From an uncultured Acidobacteriota bacterium (lineage in GTDB: Bacteria; Acidobacteriota; JAQAZP01): a DNA stretch of 64,000 bases. Positions 28,158-39,428 of this stretch are shown piece after piece. Position numbers and translations under genes: made by a program. A model generated the notes under the pieces. The model ran no database searches and was not told the DNA's origin. It saw only the letters and a program-made list of their open reading frames with translations. Every line of letters begins with the position of its first letter. The first letter of the stretch is position 1. The stretch lies in the NCBI GenBank assembly GCA_963836075.1, contig CAWIIB010000001.1, forward strand, positions 1,344,001-1,408,000. The letters run 5' to 3'.

Positions 28158-29798
28158 ATGGAGGGAACCGGAATGCCCCGGAAACAACTATGCACGGCAC
28201 GTCTGACGGCGGCCCTGTTGTCAATACTTCTCCTGGCCACCCCCGCCGCCGGGAACGAACCGCTGCCGCTGATCGTCGACACCGACATGGGGCTGGACGA
28301 CATGCGGGCCATGGCGTTGATCCTCGATGCCGACCAGCTGAAGGTTCACGGTGTGAGCACGGTATTCGGCTCCCAGGAGCCCCGCCGGGGCGGCAAGGCG
28401 ATGATCAGGCTGCTGGGCGGGGTGGGCCACCGGCGGATCCCGGTCTCTCCCGGAGCCGACGAACCACTGGAAGGCAAGTTCGAACCGCCGGCGTGGCGCC
28501 CGCTCTGCGAGACAGCCACCGATAGCCTCTACGGCAATGAAGGGCACATCCTGCTCCACGAAGAGGCCCCACAGATGATCTCCCGGCTGGCCCGCCGGGA
28601 AGGCGACCAGGTCCGGCTGGTCTGTCTCGGCCCACTGACCAACCTGGCCCTGGCCCTGGAGGCCGATCCCGGGCTGCCGGAGGTTGTGCACACCCTGATC
28701 GTGGCCTGTGCCGACACCGCCGCACCGCATTTCAACATCACCGCCGACCCCGAAGCCGCGCAGCGCGTGCTTGCCGCGCCCTGGAAGCGGGTGGTGCTGC
28801 TGGGCGGCTGGGATGATTCCATCGGCGCCGATTTCGCCGATGTCCTGCAGGGGATCGAAAAGGAACGGATCGGTGGACAGACGGCACGGGCCCTGGGGTT
28901 TCTGTGTGGTTCGGCCGAACACCTTGCCCTCGGTGACGAGCTGGCGGCCCTCTACCTGATCAGGCCCTCGCTCTTCAGCGGATCGGAACCGTTCTGCGCA
29001 ACAGTGGCCCTGGAGGGCGCGGAGCGCGGGCTGGTTTCTTCCCGGCCGAGCGGCGGCAGCCCCTGCCGCGTGGAAACCGCCGTTCCGGCCGTGGCCGGGC
29101 CGGTCCTGGTGCGAACCATGCTGGACAGCATCGGCGGCCTGCTGTTTGAGGAAGCGGCTCCGGTCTCCGCCGCCGGCCACCAGCACGATTCCACCGGCAC
29201 CCTGCTCAAACAGTTCCCGCCGCTGGAGCAGAGCGGATACCGGGAAGACGTGGCGCTGATGATGGAGCGCATCATAGAGGCCCACGGCGACGAGGAGTGG
29301 CGCTGGTCGGTGCTCACCGGAGAGATCCACGGCCACCTGGGGATCTATTCGGTGGTCGGGGTGAAGATGGGCATCAGGGCGCTGGAGATTCTTGGGGCCG
29401 CCAGGGAATCGGTTGAGCTGTCCCCCCACTGCGGTTCGCAGCCGCCGCTGAGCTGTCTCCAGGACGGCCTGATGGTCAGCACCGGCGCCACTCCCGGCAG
29501 GGGCCTGCTGCTCTCCTCCACCGGCGCCCTGCTCCTGCCTCCGCTCTATGTCGACGAGGAGCTGGACGACCCGTCCGCCCGGGGCCCCGCGGCAGCAGCC
29601 AGTTTTTACCTCGGGGAACGGATGATCACCATCCGCCTGCTCCCCGATGTCCAGCAACTGATCGGCGAGCGGATCGGTGCGCTGGCCCGGCGCTACGGCG
29701 GGACAACCGGTGAGAACTACTTCACCGCCCTGCGCACCGAAGCCCTGAAACTGCAGCTGGAACTGGACCGCAACGAAATTTTCGAGGTCTTCGAGTAA
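28158..29798 (+). CDS. Exported nucleoside-hydrolase-fold protein fused to an FmdE-like domain
   Basis: Signal peptide; IVDTDMGLDD, LGPLTNLA, FNITADPEAA; C-terminal EIHGHLG..G.KMG and SCLQDGL..STGATPG. Confidence 0.75.
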   Translation: MEGTGMPRKQLCTARLTAALLSILLLATPAAGNEPLPLIVDTDMGLDDMRAMALILDADQLKVHGVSTVFGSQEPRRGGKAMIRLLGGVGHRRIPVSPGADEPLEGKFEPPAWRPLCETATDSLYGNEGHILLHEEAPQMISRLARREGDQVRLVCLGPLTNLALALEADPGLPEVVHTLIVACADTAAPHFNITADPEAAQRVLAAPWKRVVLLGGWDDSIGADFADVLQGIEKERIGGQTARALGFLCGSAEHLALGDELAALYLIRPSLFSGSEPFCATVALEGAERGLVSSRPSGGSPCRVETAVPAVAGPVLVRTMLDSIGGLLFEEAAPVSAAGHQHDSTGTLLKQFPPLEQSGYREDVALMMERIIEAHGDEEWRWSVLTGEIHGHLGIYSVVGVKMGIRALEILGAARESVELSPHCGSQPPLSCLQDGLMVSTGATPGRGLLLSSTGALLLPPLYVDEELDDPSARGPAAAASFYLGERMITIRLLPDVQQLIGERIGALARRYGGTTGENYFTALRTEALKLQLELDRNEIFEVFE

Positions 29799-29863
29799 GT
29801 TCCGATCAAGAGTTTTCCCTCTGTTTCCGATGAGAAATTCATCATATCGGGAGGACAGGGACC

Positions 29864-30094
29864 ATGATCGGACCGCTCAAACTTGTTGCCAGCATGGCCG
29901 CCCTGGTCCTGGTGGCTGTCCTGCTGGTCACCCTTTCCACCAGCCCGGCCGAAGCCGATCCGGAGGGCGCCCCGGCCGGCGGCGACGGCCCGGGCACCAT
30001 GCCGGCGCCCCACGAGTGGGTGATGGTGCTGTTGCTCTTCGCCCTGGTGATTGCCTACCACCACTGCCGCTCGTCCCACCACCGGCAGCTCTGA
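29864..30094 (+). CDS. 76-aa protein: signal peptide, short linker and PEP-CTERM-like sorting tail
   Basis: GGAGG RBS; AEA cleavage site; MPAPHEW + hydrophobic helix + His/Arg tail. Confidence 0.6.
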   Translation: MIGPLKLVASMAALVLVAVLLVTLSTSPAEADPEGAPAGGDGPGTMPAPHEWVMVLLLFALVIAYHHCRSSHHRQL

Positions 30095-30188
30095 ACTCCT
30101 GCTCATTGCCTGTCCCGGACCCATCTTCTATAATTCTGCCTGACGTTCGCCGAACCCATGTGTAAAACATCAGATAGAGGCCCGAGCC

Positions 30189-31229
30189 GTGGTAAGCCGC
30201 GCCGCAACAGAGCTGGTACAGCCCGAAGTCGCCATCCACCGCGTGGGCCCGTCGGTCCAGGACTCGGTGCGCGCGACGCTGGAAGCGGTGGACTGGGAAT
30301 CGCTCATCCCCGAAGGGGCCGACGTGGCCCTCAAGGTCAACCTGACCCACGACATGCTGATGCCCGGTTCCAACACCTCCCCCTGGGTGGTGGAGGGGGT
30401 GGTGCGGACCATCGGGGAGCGGGTGGGCACCATCTACCTCACCGATGCGGACCAGGTGCTGATCAAGGTGGCCACCGCCTTTCGCCGGTCGGGGCTGGGC
30501 CCGGTCTGCGACAAATACGATTTGAAATTCCACAACCTCTCCAGCGGGCGTTTCGAGATCGTCGAACGGGAGCTGGACGGCGAGACCTTCCGCTTCAAAT
30601 ATCCGGAGTTCCTGCGCGGGGTGACCACCATCACCCTGCCGGTGCTCAAGACCCACTTCCGCTGCATGATCACCGGCGCGCTGAAAAACCAGTACGGCTG
30701 CCTCGAGGTCGCCAGGCACAACTTCCATGACCAGCTCTCGCAATACATCTGCCTGGTCAACGCCGAGGTACGGCCGGCCCTCTCGCTGATGGACGGCACG
30801 GTGGGGATGGAGGGGGACGGCCCCAAATCGGGGCTGCCGCGGGTCTGCGACCTGTTGCTGGCGTCGGCCGACCCGGTGGCCCTGGACACGGCGGCGGCGC
30901 GGGTGATGGGCTTCGACCCGGAACGGATCGAGCACATCGTACTCTGCCACAGGGAGGGGTTGGGCCGGATGGACGGGATCCGCTATCCCGGCCTCGACCC
31001 GGCGGAGGCCAACCTGAACTTCCAGCCGCCACAGGAAAACTTCGTCGCTAAAATCGAAGGACGCCTGCGCCACGCCCCCGGGGCGGGGAAGATTTTCAGC
31101 GGCGGCCTGCTGACCTTCTTTTCGTTGGGCGCCAAACTCTGGTACCTGGTCTGGTACTACATCCTCACCGGGCGCCGACGCCGCAACCGGATTCTGAAAA
31201 CACGCTACGGACCGCAGTTCAAATCATGA
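30189..31229 (+). CDS. DUF362 domain protein
   Basis: VALKVNL, LPVLKTH, TGALKNQYG, DGTVGMEGDGP, DPVALD. Confidence 0.85.
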   Translation: MVSRAATELVQPEVAIHRVGPSVQDSVRATLEAVDWESLIPEGADVALKVNLTHDMLMPGSNTSPWVVEGVVRTIGERVGTIYLTDADQVLIKVATAFRRSGLGPVCDKYDLKFHNLSSGRFEIVERELDGETFRFKYPEFLRGVTTITLPVLKTHFRCMITGALKNQYGCLEVARHNFHDQLSQYICLVNAEVRPALSLMDGTVGMEGDGPKSGLPRVCDLLLASADPVALDTAAARVMGFDPERIEHIVLCHREGLGRMDGIRYPGLDPAEANLNFQPPQENFVAKIEGRLRHAPGAGKIFSGGLLTFFSLGAKLWYLVWYYILTGRRRRNRILKTRYGPQFKS

Positions 31230-32980
31230 CCAGTGCCCACCAGCCAGGAGAAGAGAGCCGGCGCGCCCGGCGTCTGGCGGCGCTGCTGCTCATCCTCGCC
31301 CTGGGCTTCGGCCTGCGCGCCGTCTCGCTGGCCCGCCACCACCTGCCGGCGGCCGACGGCTCGGCCACCACCCTGGAAGTGGCGGCCCACCTCAACCAGG
31401 GCCAGGGCTACACCACCAACCGCAAGTGGCTCTTCTTCGAGGAGGACCGGGGGTTCCCCATCCCCGAAGGGAACCGCCAGCCGCTGCTGCCGCTGCTGGT
31501 GGCCCTGATCTTCCTCGCCACTGGACCGAGCCACACCGCCGCCCAGTGGCTGGTGCTGGGCTGCGGGCTGTTGCTGATCCCCATGGTCTACTGCCTCGGC
31601 CGCCGGCTCTACGGCACGCGCACCGGCCTGCTGGCCGCGCTGTTCACCGCCCTTTCCCCGGCCCAGGTCTGGTTCGGCTCCATGGTGGAGGACCAGGTCT
31701 TCTTCCAGCTGGGCTTCATCCTGATGCTGCTGCTCTGGTATCGCTGGTGGGACGCCGGTGAACCGGAGGCCCCGGCCGGAAAGAGCAGGGCCCTGCCCTT
31801 CCTGGTGCTGGGCGGGGTTGCCGGCCTGGCCTGGCTGGCCCGGCCCAACGGCCTGCTGCTCACCGCGGCCCTGGGTCTGAGCATCCCGCTGGTCATCAGC
31901 AGCGTGCCGGCCTGGCGGAATCGCCGCCGCACAATGGCCGCCGGCCTGGCCTGCCTGGCCCTGGTCGGTTTTCTGGCCGTGGCCACCTCGTGGATGGTGC
32001 GCAATACCCTGGTCTTCGGCAGCCCCTTTCACACTCACAACTCGTACCTGATGGCGGTGGACGTGCCGGACGAAGTGGCGTCCCTGCGCCAGGACGCGCC
32101 CTCCATGGGTGCCTGGCTGGCGGAGAACGGCATCGGGCGCGCGCTGGTGCGCTGGGGCCGGGGGGCCTTTCGCAGCCTCGACGCCTTTGTCAGCGGCAAC
32201 CTCTTCCGCGAGGAAGCGGCGCGCCAGGGCGGAATGGCTGTCTTCATGCTGCTGGCCCTGGTGGCCTGGCGCTGGGGAGTACCGCGGCCGGCCCCCTGGT
32301 GGCGCTACCACGCCCTGCCCCTGGCCGCCTTCGGACTGCACTTCCTCACCGTCTCCTGGTATGTGCGGGGGGAACTGCGCTACTTCCTCCCCTTCTACCT
32401 CCTGCTCTACCTGGCCGCTGCCCGGGGCGCTCTGGTGCTGTCCGGACTGGAGGACACCGAGCGGCCCACCGGCAATGGCGCCCCGCCACGACCGCCGCTA
32501 CCCCGCCCCGGCAGGTCACCGATCCTGCTGGCCCTCCTGCTGCTGCTCCTGCTGGCCACCTTTGTCCGCCCGCTGGGCCTGACCCTGGCCTTTGACGACC
32601 GTGAGGAGGCAGAGCGGGTGGCTGCCGCCGCGGACTGGATCTCCAGCAACACCGCCCGAGGCACGGTGATCATGGACCTGCCCACGGTGAGCAACATGAT
32701 CCATGTCTATGAGCGCCCAACGGTGGTCATCCCCTACGGCCCGCTGGCGGACACCTTTGAAACGGCCCTGCGCTTCAACGTAGAATACCTGGTGGTTTCG
32801 GCCCGGAGCGTCCACTGGCGTCCCGGGCTGAAACAGTTCTGGGAAACGGACGGCGAGCGTGTCCGGCTCAGGGATCCGGCGCCGGTCTTTCTCCAAACGG
32901 TTTGGGCCGACGACAGCGGCAGGATCGCCATTGCGCGGTTCCTGCCCGAGCGGTACCACAGCAGAAAACTAGCCGAGTAG
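31226..32980 (+). CDS. GT-C glycosyltransferase (family 39/ArnT/PMT-like)
   Basis: Asp after TM1, RQPLLPLL, LGRRLYG...GLLAA, LARPNG, WMVRN..VFGSPF, RYFLP; ATGA overlap with previous gene. Confidence 0.75.
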   Translation: MTSAHQPGEESRRARRLAALLLILALGFGLRAVSLARHHLPAADGSATTLEVAAHLNQGQGYTTNRKWLFFEEDRGFPIPEGNRQPLLPLLVALIFLATGPSHTAAQWLVLGCGLLLIPMVYCLGRRLYGTRTGLLAALFTALSPAQVWFGSMVEDQVFFQLGFILMLLLWYRWWDAGEPEAPAGKSRALPFLVLGGVAGLAWLARPNGLLLTAALGLSIPLVISSVPAWRNRRRTMAAGLACLALVGFLAVATSWMVRNTLVFGSPFHTHNSYLMAVDVPDEVASLRQDAPSMGAWLAENGIGRALVRWGRGAFRSLDAFVSGNLFREEAARQGGMAVFMLLALVAWRWGVPRPAPWWRYHALPLAAFGLHFLTVSWYVRGELRYFLPFYLLLYLAAARGALVLSGLEDTERPTGNGAPPRPPLPRPGRSPILLALLLLLLLATFVRPLGLTLAFDDREEAERVAAAADWISSNTARGTVIMDLPTVSNMIHVYERPTVVIPYGPLADTFETALRFNVEYLVVSARSVHWRPGLKQFWETDGERVRLRDPAPVFLQTVWADDSGRIAIARFLPERYHSRKLAE

Positions 32981-32981
32981 C

Positions 32982-34037
32982 ATGTCCACAGCCAGAAACG
33001 TCAAGATCGGGCTGCAGATGGTCCGGGCCGCCCTGGGGGCCAACCTCTTCGGCCGGCGGGTGCCGGTGAACGTGATGTTCGGGGTGACCAACCGCTGCCC
33101 CTCCCGTTGCACCTACTGCCAGATCCCGGAGCGGCCCCAGGCCGACCTGGATACCGAGCAGATCTTCGACCTCTTCCGCCAGATGAAAAAGGCGGGAACC
33201 AGGCGCCTGGGCATGTGGGGCGGTGAGCCGCTGATGCGCAAGGACATCGGCCTGCTCGTGGATTTCGCCAAGGAGTGCGGGTTCTACGTCTCGCTGGACA
33301 GCAACGGCTACCTGCTGCCGAAGAAGATCGACCAGATCCTCAATCTCGACCACCTGGTGGTCTCACTGGACGGGCGGAAAGAGAACCACGATGCCAACCG
33401 CCAGCCGGGCAGCTTCGACAAGGCACTGGCCGGGATCAGGGCCGCCGCCGGCCGGGTGCCGCTCTGGACCATCACCGTGCTCACCCGGCACAACCTCGGC
33501 GACATCGACTACATCGTGGGCCTGGCCCGGGAGCACGGCTTCCTCGCCTCGTTCCAGCTGCTGCACCACAGCGACCTGATGGGCCGCAACCGCGAGAAGC
33601 TGCTGCCGGAAAACCATGAATACCAGGCCGCCATCGAGAAGCTGATCGAACTGAAAAAGGCCGGGGCGCCCATCGTCTCCACCATGCCCTACCTCGAGCA
33701 CGTGCAGGGCTGGCAGGATTATGGCAAGCCGCAGTCGACCGAGATGGTGGGAAGGCTGAAGTGCCGGGCCGGGGAACTCTTCTGCAATGTCGACGTGGAC
33801 GGCCGGGTCTTCCCCTGCTCGCTGCTCATCGACGGGGTGAAGGCGCAGAACTTTCTCGACGTCGGTTTCGAGCAGGCCTTCCGCAACCTGCCGGTGCCCG
33901 ACTGCAAGTCGTGCAACGCCTCCTGCTACACCGAGTACAACCTGCTCTATGCCCTGCGGCCTCGCTCCATGGTCCAGTGGGGCATGAGCGTGCTGCGGGC
34001 CTGGCGCCTGCGCGGGGACGGAAAGGGGCAGCCATGA
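32982..34037 (+). CDS. Radical SAM protein with SPASM/twitch domain
   Basis: CPSRCTYC, GGEPL, VSLDG, CRAG...DGRVFPC, CKSCNASC. Confidence 0.92.
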   Translation: MSTARNVKIGLQMVRAALGANLFGRRVPVNVMFGVTNRCPSRCTYCQIPERPQADLDTEQIFDLFRQMKKAGTRRLGMWGGEPLMRKDIGLLVDFAKECGFYVSLDSNGYLLPKKIDQILNLDHLVVSLDGRKENHDANRQPGSFDKALAGIRAAAGRVPLWTITVLTRHNLGDIDYIVGLAREHGFLASFQLLHHSDLMGRNREKLLPENHEYQAAIEKLIELKKAGAPIVSTMPYLEHVQGWQDYGKPQSTEMVGRLKCRAGELFCNVDVDGRVFPCSLLIDGVKAQNFLDVGFEQAFRNLPVPDCKSCNASCYTEYNLLYALRPRSMVQWGMSVLRAWRLRGDGKGQP

Positions 34038-35758
34038 GCCTGATCAGGACATCCCTGGTGATCCTCGCCCTGGCCCTGCTGGCGCTGGCCTCCGCTGCCG
34101 GCTGTGGTGATTCACAAAGGGGCAAGGTCATCGTCCTCGGTCTGGATGCCGCCACCTGGAAGCAGATGGACCCGCTGATCGAGGCCGGCCTGCTGCCCAA
34201 CATCGCCGGGCTGGCGGAAAGCGGTTGCCGGGGAAGCCTGGAGACCCTCTACCCCACCATCAGCCCGCTGATCTGGACTTCCATGGCCACCGGCGTCCCG
34301 GCCGAACTGCACGGACGGGACTTCACCATCACCCGCATTCCGGGCAGCTACCGCTTCTCCCAGGAGACCGGGCGGCTGCTGGCCTACCCGGCGCTGTGGC
34401 AGGCGGCCGACCACTTCGGCCTGCGCTCGGTGACGGTGAACTGGTATTCGGCCGAGTCGCCCTGGCAACCGCTGCGATCGCGGGTGCTGGCCGACCGCAT
34501 CGAGGAGAACAAGCCGGTGCCGGTGCGCTTTCCCGAGTTCCCGCTGGAGGGCTACGACTTCGAGGTGCCGGGCGACGAAGAGCTCTTCGCGCTGCTCGGC
34601 CTCGAGCACCAGGGGCCGGTGGGTCATCTCAGGCCCTGGCTGCGCCACGAGCTGGATGTGCTGCGCTGGCGCTACGCCGAGGACGACTACTTCAACCGCA
34701 CGGCCCAGCACCTGCTCTTTGACGACCGGCAGGGGCAGCCCGACCTCGCCCTGGTCTTTCTCAAGGGTCTGGACGGGGTGCAGCACAAGTTCTGGCAGTT
34801 CATGGACACAGAGAACTTCCCCGATGTGGACGCCGGCGAGCGGCGTCTCTTCGGCAAGGTAGTCGAGGCGTATTACCGCTACTACGACCGGGTGGTGGGC
34901 CAGTATGTGGCCCGGGCCGAACCGGGCACCACCTTCATCCTCGTCTCGGACCACGGCATGGAACCGATCCACGCCCAGAGCGGCCGTTCGCTGCCCGAGG
35001 ACCAGACCGTCTACCGCAACATGTCGCTCTTCCGCCCGGTGGGGATCCTGCAGTTGCTGGAGCAGCTGGGCCTGGTGGTGCGGCAGGACGAGGACAGCAT
35101 CGACTGGGCGCGGACCACGGCCTTCCCCAACGGCGACAAGGCGCTGACCTGGGAGGTGGGCTTCTGTCTCAACGTGGAGGGCCGTGAGCCAAAGGGGTCG
35201 GTGAAACCGGAAGACTACGACCGGGTGCTGGCCGAGACCGCGGCACTGCTGAAGAACGTCAGATCGGACGCGGACGGGGCCCCGCTGTTCATCGATATCC
35301 AGTCGAGGCCGCACAACAGCGTCACCGAGATCGTGGCCCGGGTGAACCCCGCTCTGCCTCCGGACACCGCCTTCACTGTCGACGGCCGGACCTTCACCCT
35401 GGGGTCGCTGCTGGAAGGCTACGACATGTCGGGCGCGCACCTTTTCGCCCCGGACGGCATTCTGCTGGTCTCCGGCCCGGCCGTCCAGCCGGGGAGCGAA
35501 GTGGGACGGACCAACATCTATGATGTGGCACCCACCATCTGCCTGCTGCTGGGCCTGCCGTTGCCCGCCGACTTCACCGGCAGCGTCCTCGACATCTGGG
35601 ATGATGACACCGAACTCCCGGAGGTTGAATCGATACCGAGTTTCCGGGGGGTGGTCCCCGGTTTCGATGCTGACGGCACCCGGCCGGGTGGCCACAGCCT
35701 TGAACCGCTGTCCCCTGCCGCCGAGGAACGGCTGAAGAGTCTGGGGTATATCCAGTGA
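34034..35758 (+). CDS. Alkaline phosphatase / type I phosphodiesterase superfamily lipoprotein
   Basis: Lipobox-like AAGC; VIVLGLDAA, PTISPLIWTSMATG, DGVQH, VSDHG, SGAH, DVAPT, ERLKSLGY; ATGA overlap. Confidence 0.85.
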   Translation: MSLIRTSLVILALALLALASAAGCGDSQRGKVIVLGLDAATWKQMDPLIEAGLLPNIAGLAESGCRGSLETLYPTISPLIWTSMATGVPAELHGRDFTITRIPGSYRFSQETGRLLAYPALWQAADHFGLRSVTVNWYSAESPWQPLRSRVLADRIEENKPVPVRFPEFPLEGYDFEVPGDEELFALLGLEHQGPVGHLRPWLRHELDVLRWRYAEDDYFNRTAQHLLFDDRQGQPDLALVFLKGLDGVQHKFWQFMDTENFPDVDAGERRLFGKVVEAYYRYYDRVVGQYVARAEPGTTFILVSDHGMEPIHAQSGRSLPEDQTVYRNMSLFRPVGILQLLEQLGLVVRQDEDSIDWARTTAFPNGDKALTWEVGFCLNVEGREPKGSVKPEDYDRVLAETAALLKNVRSDADGAPLFIDIQSRPHNSVTEIVARVNPALPPDTAFTVDGRTFTLGSLLEGYDMSGAHLFAPDGILLVSGPAVQPGSEVGRTNIYDVAPTICLLLGLPLPADFTGSVLDIWDDDTELPEVESIPSFRGVVPGFDADGTRPGGHSLEPLSPAAEERLKSLGYIQ

Positions 35759-37677
35759 ACGATCCCGCGCAACCACGACAGCCCTTCCCCTGGCTTCAGG
35801 GTGCGGTGCTGCCGCTGGTCCTGCTGGCCGCATTCCTGCTCAGCGGCCCGGTGCAGGTGCCCACCGCGGACCTGGACCACAACCCGGTAGTGCGGGTCTG
35901 GAAGCTGCGCATACTCTTCCTCGTGGCCCCGGCCCTGCTGCTGGCGGCCTGGGCCTGGGGCGGCCGGCTGCGCCGCACGCCGTTCCTGCCCGCGCTGCTG
36001 GAGGAACTGTCCAAGCGCAGGTGGTTGTTGCTGGCCAGCCTGGCCGGGCTGCTGCTCTTCGCCACCTTCTCCACTCTGCTCTTCGAACGGATCCCCCGGG
36101 TCTGGGACACTGCGGGCTATCTCTTTCAGGCCCGTGTCCTGGCCTCAGGCATGATGGCTGCGCCGGCACCGCCGTCACCGGAGCACTTCTGGCTCTATCC
36201 CCTGGTGGTCTGGCAGGGCAAGTGGTTCGCCATCTACCCCCTGGGCCACTCCTCGCTACTGGCCCTGGGCGTGCTGGCCGGCGTGCCCTGGCTGGTCTGC
36301 CCGCTGATCGGGGCCATCAGCCTGCTGCTCACCGGGCTCCTTGCCGGAGAAACGCTGGGCCGGAAAGCGGCCCCCCTGGCCGGACTGCTCTTCCTGCTCT
36401 CCCCCTTCGTGATCTTCATGTCGTCATCGTACCAGGGGCACAACAGCAACCTGCTGGGCACGGCCATCTTTCTCTATTTCTACGCCCGGGCGCACAACCG
36501 CGATAACCCGCTCAATCCGGTGCTGGCCGGAATGGGTCTGGGGTTCTCCTTCTTTGTGCGCACCCTCTCCGCCGCGGCCCTGGCCGTGCCTTTTGTCATT
36601 TTCGAATTGTGGCGGCTGTTTCGAGACCGGGGAGAGGCGCGCAAGCAGGTCATCATGCGGGGTGTGCTGATCTACATCGGTTTCGCTCCCTTTATCGCGG
36701 CTACCCTGGTCCAGAACGCGGCCCACACCGGCTCACCCTGGCTGATGGCCTACCGCATCAAGTTCCCCACCCAGACTGTGGGTCTCAGCGCCGACGGCAT
36801 GGTGGAACCGGGCCAGCACGGCGAGGACTTCAGCCACACGCCGCAGAACGCCCTGCGCAACCTGCGCTCCCGGGGACTCCTGCTTTCCAGCGATCTCTTT
36901 GGCTGGCCCTACCTCAGCCTGCTGCCGGCCCTGGCCGCCCTGGCCCTGCGCCGCCGCCGGCTGCTGCGACCCGGGGAGAGAAAGCCAACCGAGCCGCGGA
37001 AGCCACCATGGCTGATCCTCGCCGCAGGGGTCTGCCTGACCTACCTCGGGGCCTATTCGCTCTTCTGGAACCCGGGGTATGGCTTCGGCGCCCGTTACTA
37101 CTACGGCATGGTGCCGGCACTGATACTGCTCACCGTTGCCGGGATCCGCTCGCTGGCCGGCGGCACAGGGGGCGATGCTGCGCGGTTCAATCGCACACTG
37201 TTGGGGGTTGTGGCCCTGCTGCTGATCAACCTCGCGCTTTACCTGCCCCTGCGCTACCGCCAGTTCGACCAGCAGCAGCAATACAACACGGTGGACGCCA
37301 AACTGGCCCGGATGGTGGAACAGGCGGGGATCGATGACGGGCTGATCTTTGTGGAATCGTGGTTCCTCGGCTACTACAACTACAGCTCGGCCCTGCCGCT
37401 GAACCGCCCCGATCTCTCGGGCACTGTCTATGCCCGGGACCTGGGCGTGGAAGCCAACACCGCGCTGATCACGGCCCTGCCGGACAAACGCGTCTACGGG
37501 TTCCGCTTTGACGAAGCCAGCGGCACCCTGCTGCTCACCGACTACCTCACCAACGATTCCGTTCTCTCCCAACCTGCCGCCCCGGGACAGACCCGCTACC
37601 CCTCCGGCGCCAACCCCGAGGCCCAGGAAGACTACTGGAAGCGCAGACGCGCCGCCCTCGGCACCTGGGGGCTGTAA
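35755..37677 (+). CDS. GT-C-like multi-pass membrane glycosyltransferase
   Basis: WDTAGYLFQA, YPLGH, N..HTGSPW, GARYY; many TM segments; GTGA overlap. Confidence 0.72.
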   Translation: MNDPAQPRQPFPWLQGAVLPLVLLAAFLLSGPVQVPTADLDHNPVVRVWKLRILFLVAPALLLAAWAWGGRLRRTPFLPALLEELSKRRWLLLASLAGLLLFATFSTLLFERIPRVWDTAGYLFQARVLASGMMAAPAPPSPEHFWLYPLVVWQGKWFAIYPLGHSSLLALGVLAGVPWLVCPLIGAISLLLTGLLAGETLGRKAAPLAGLLFLLSPFVIFMSSSYQGHNSNLLGTAIFLYFYARAHNRDNPLNPVLAGMGLGFSFFVRTLSAAALAVPFVIFELWRLFRDRGEARKQVIMRGVLIYIGFAPFIAATLVQNAAHTGSPWLMAYRIKFPTQTVGLSADGMVEPGQHGEDFSHTPQNALRNLRSRGLLLSSDLFGWPYLSLLPALAALALRRRRLLRPGERKPTEPRKPPWLILAAGVCLTYLGAYSLFWNPGYGFGARYYYGMVPALILLTVAGIRSLAGGTGGDAARFNRTLLGVVALLLINLALYLPLRYRQFDQQQQYNTVDAKLARMVEQAGIDDGLIFVESWFLGYYNYSSALPLNRPDLSGTVYARDLGVEANTALITALPDKRVYGFRFDEASGTLLLTDYLTNDSVLSQPAAPGQTRYPSGANPEAQEDYWKRRRAALGTWGL

Positions 37678-37693
37678 AAAGGGTGTCACCTCT

Positions 37694-39223
<1,530 letters not shown>

Positions 39224-39428
39224 CGTTTCCTCAAGTAACCAGTGGGTGTTTCGGTGTTTTCACATCCGAATGTTCGACGCCGACTCTATCGGAAACCCCA
39301 GTTTGAGTCAACGCATCCCAAGGCCGGCCGAGGACACGGAAACTCTCCAGCGGTTGATTTTACGTCATCCTCCTGCAAGAATATCCCCGTTAAGCTTCAC
39401 AACCACTAATTCCCTGGCACTACCTCTG

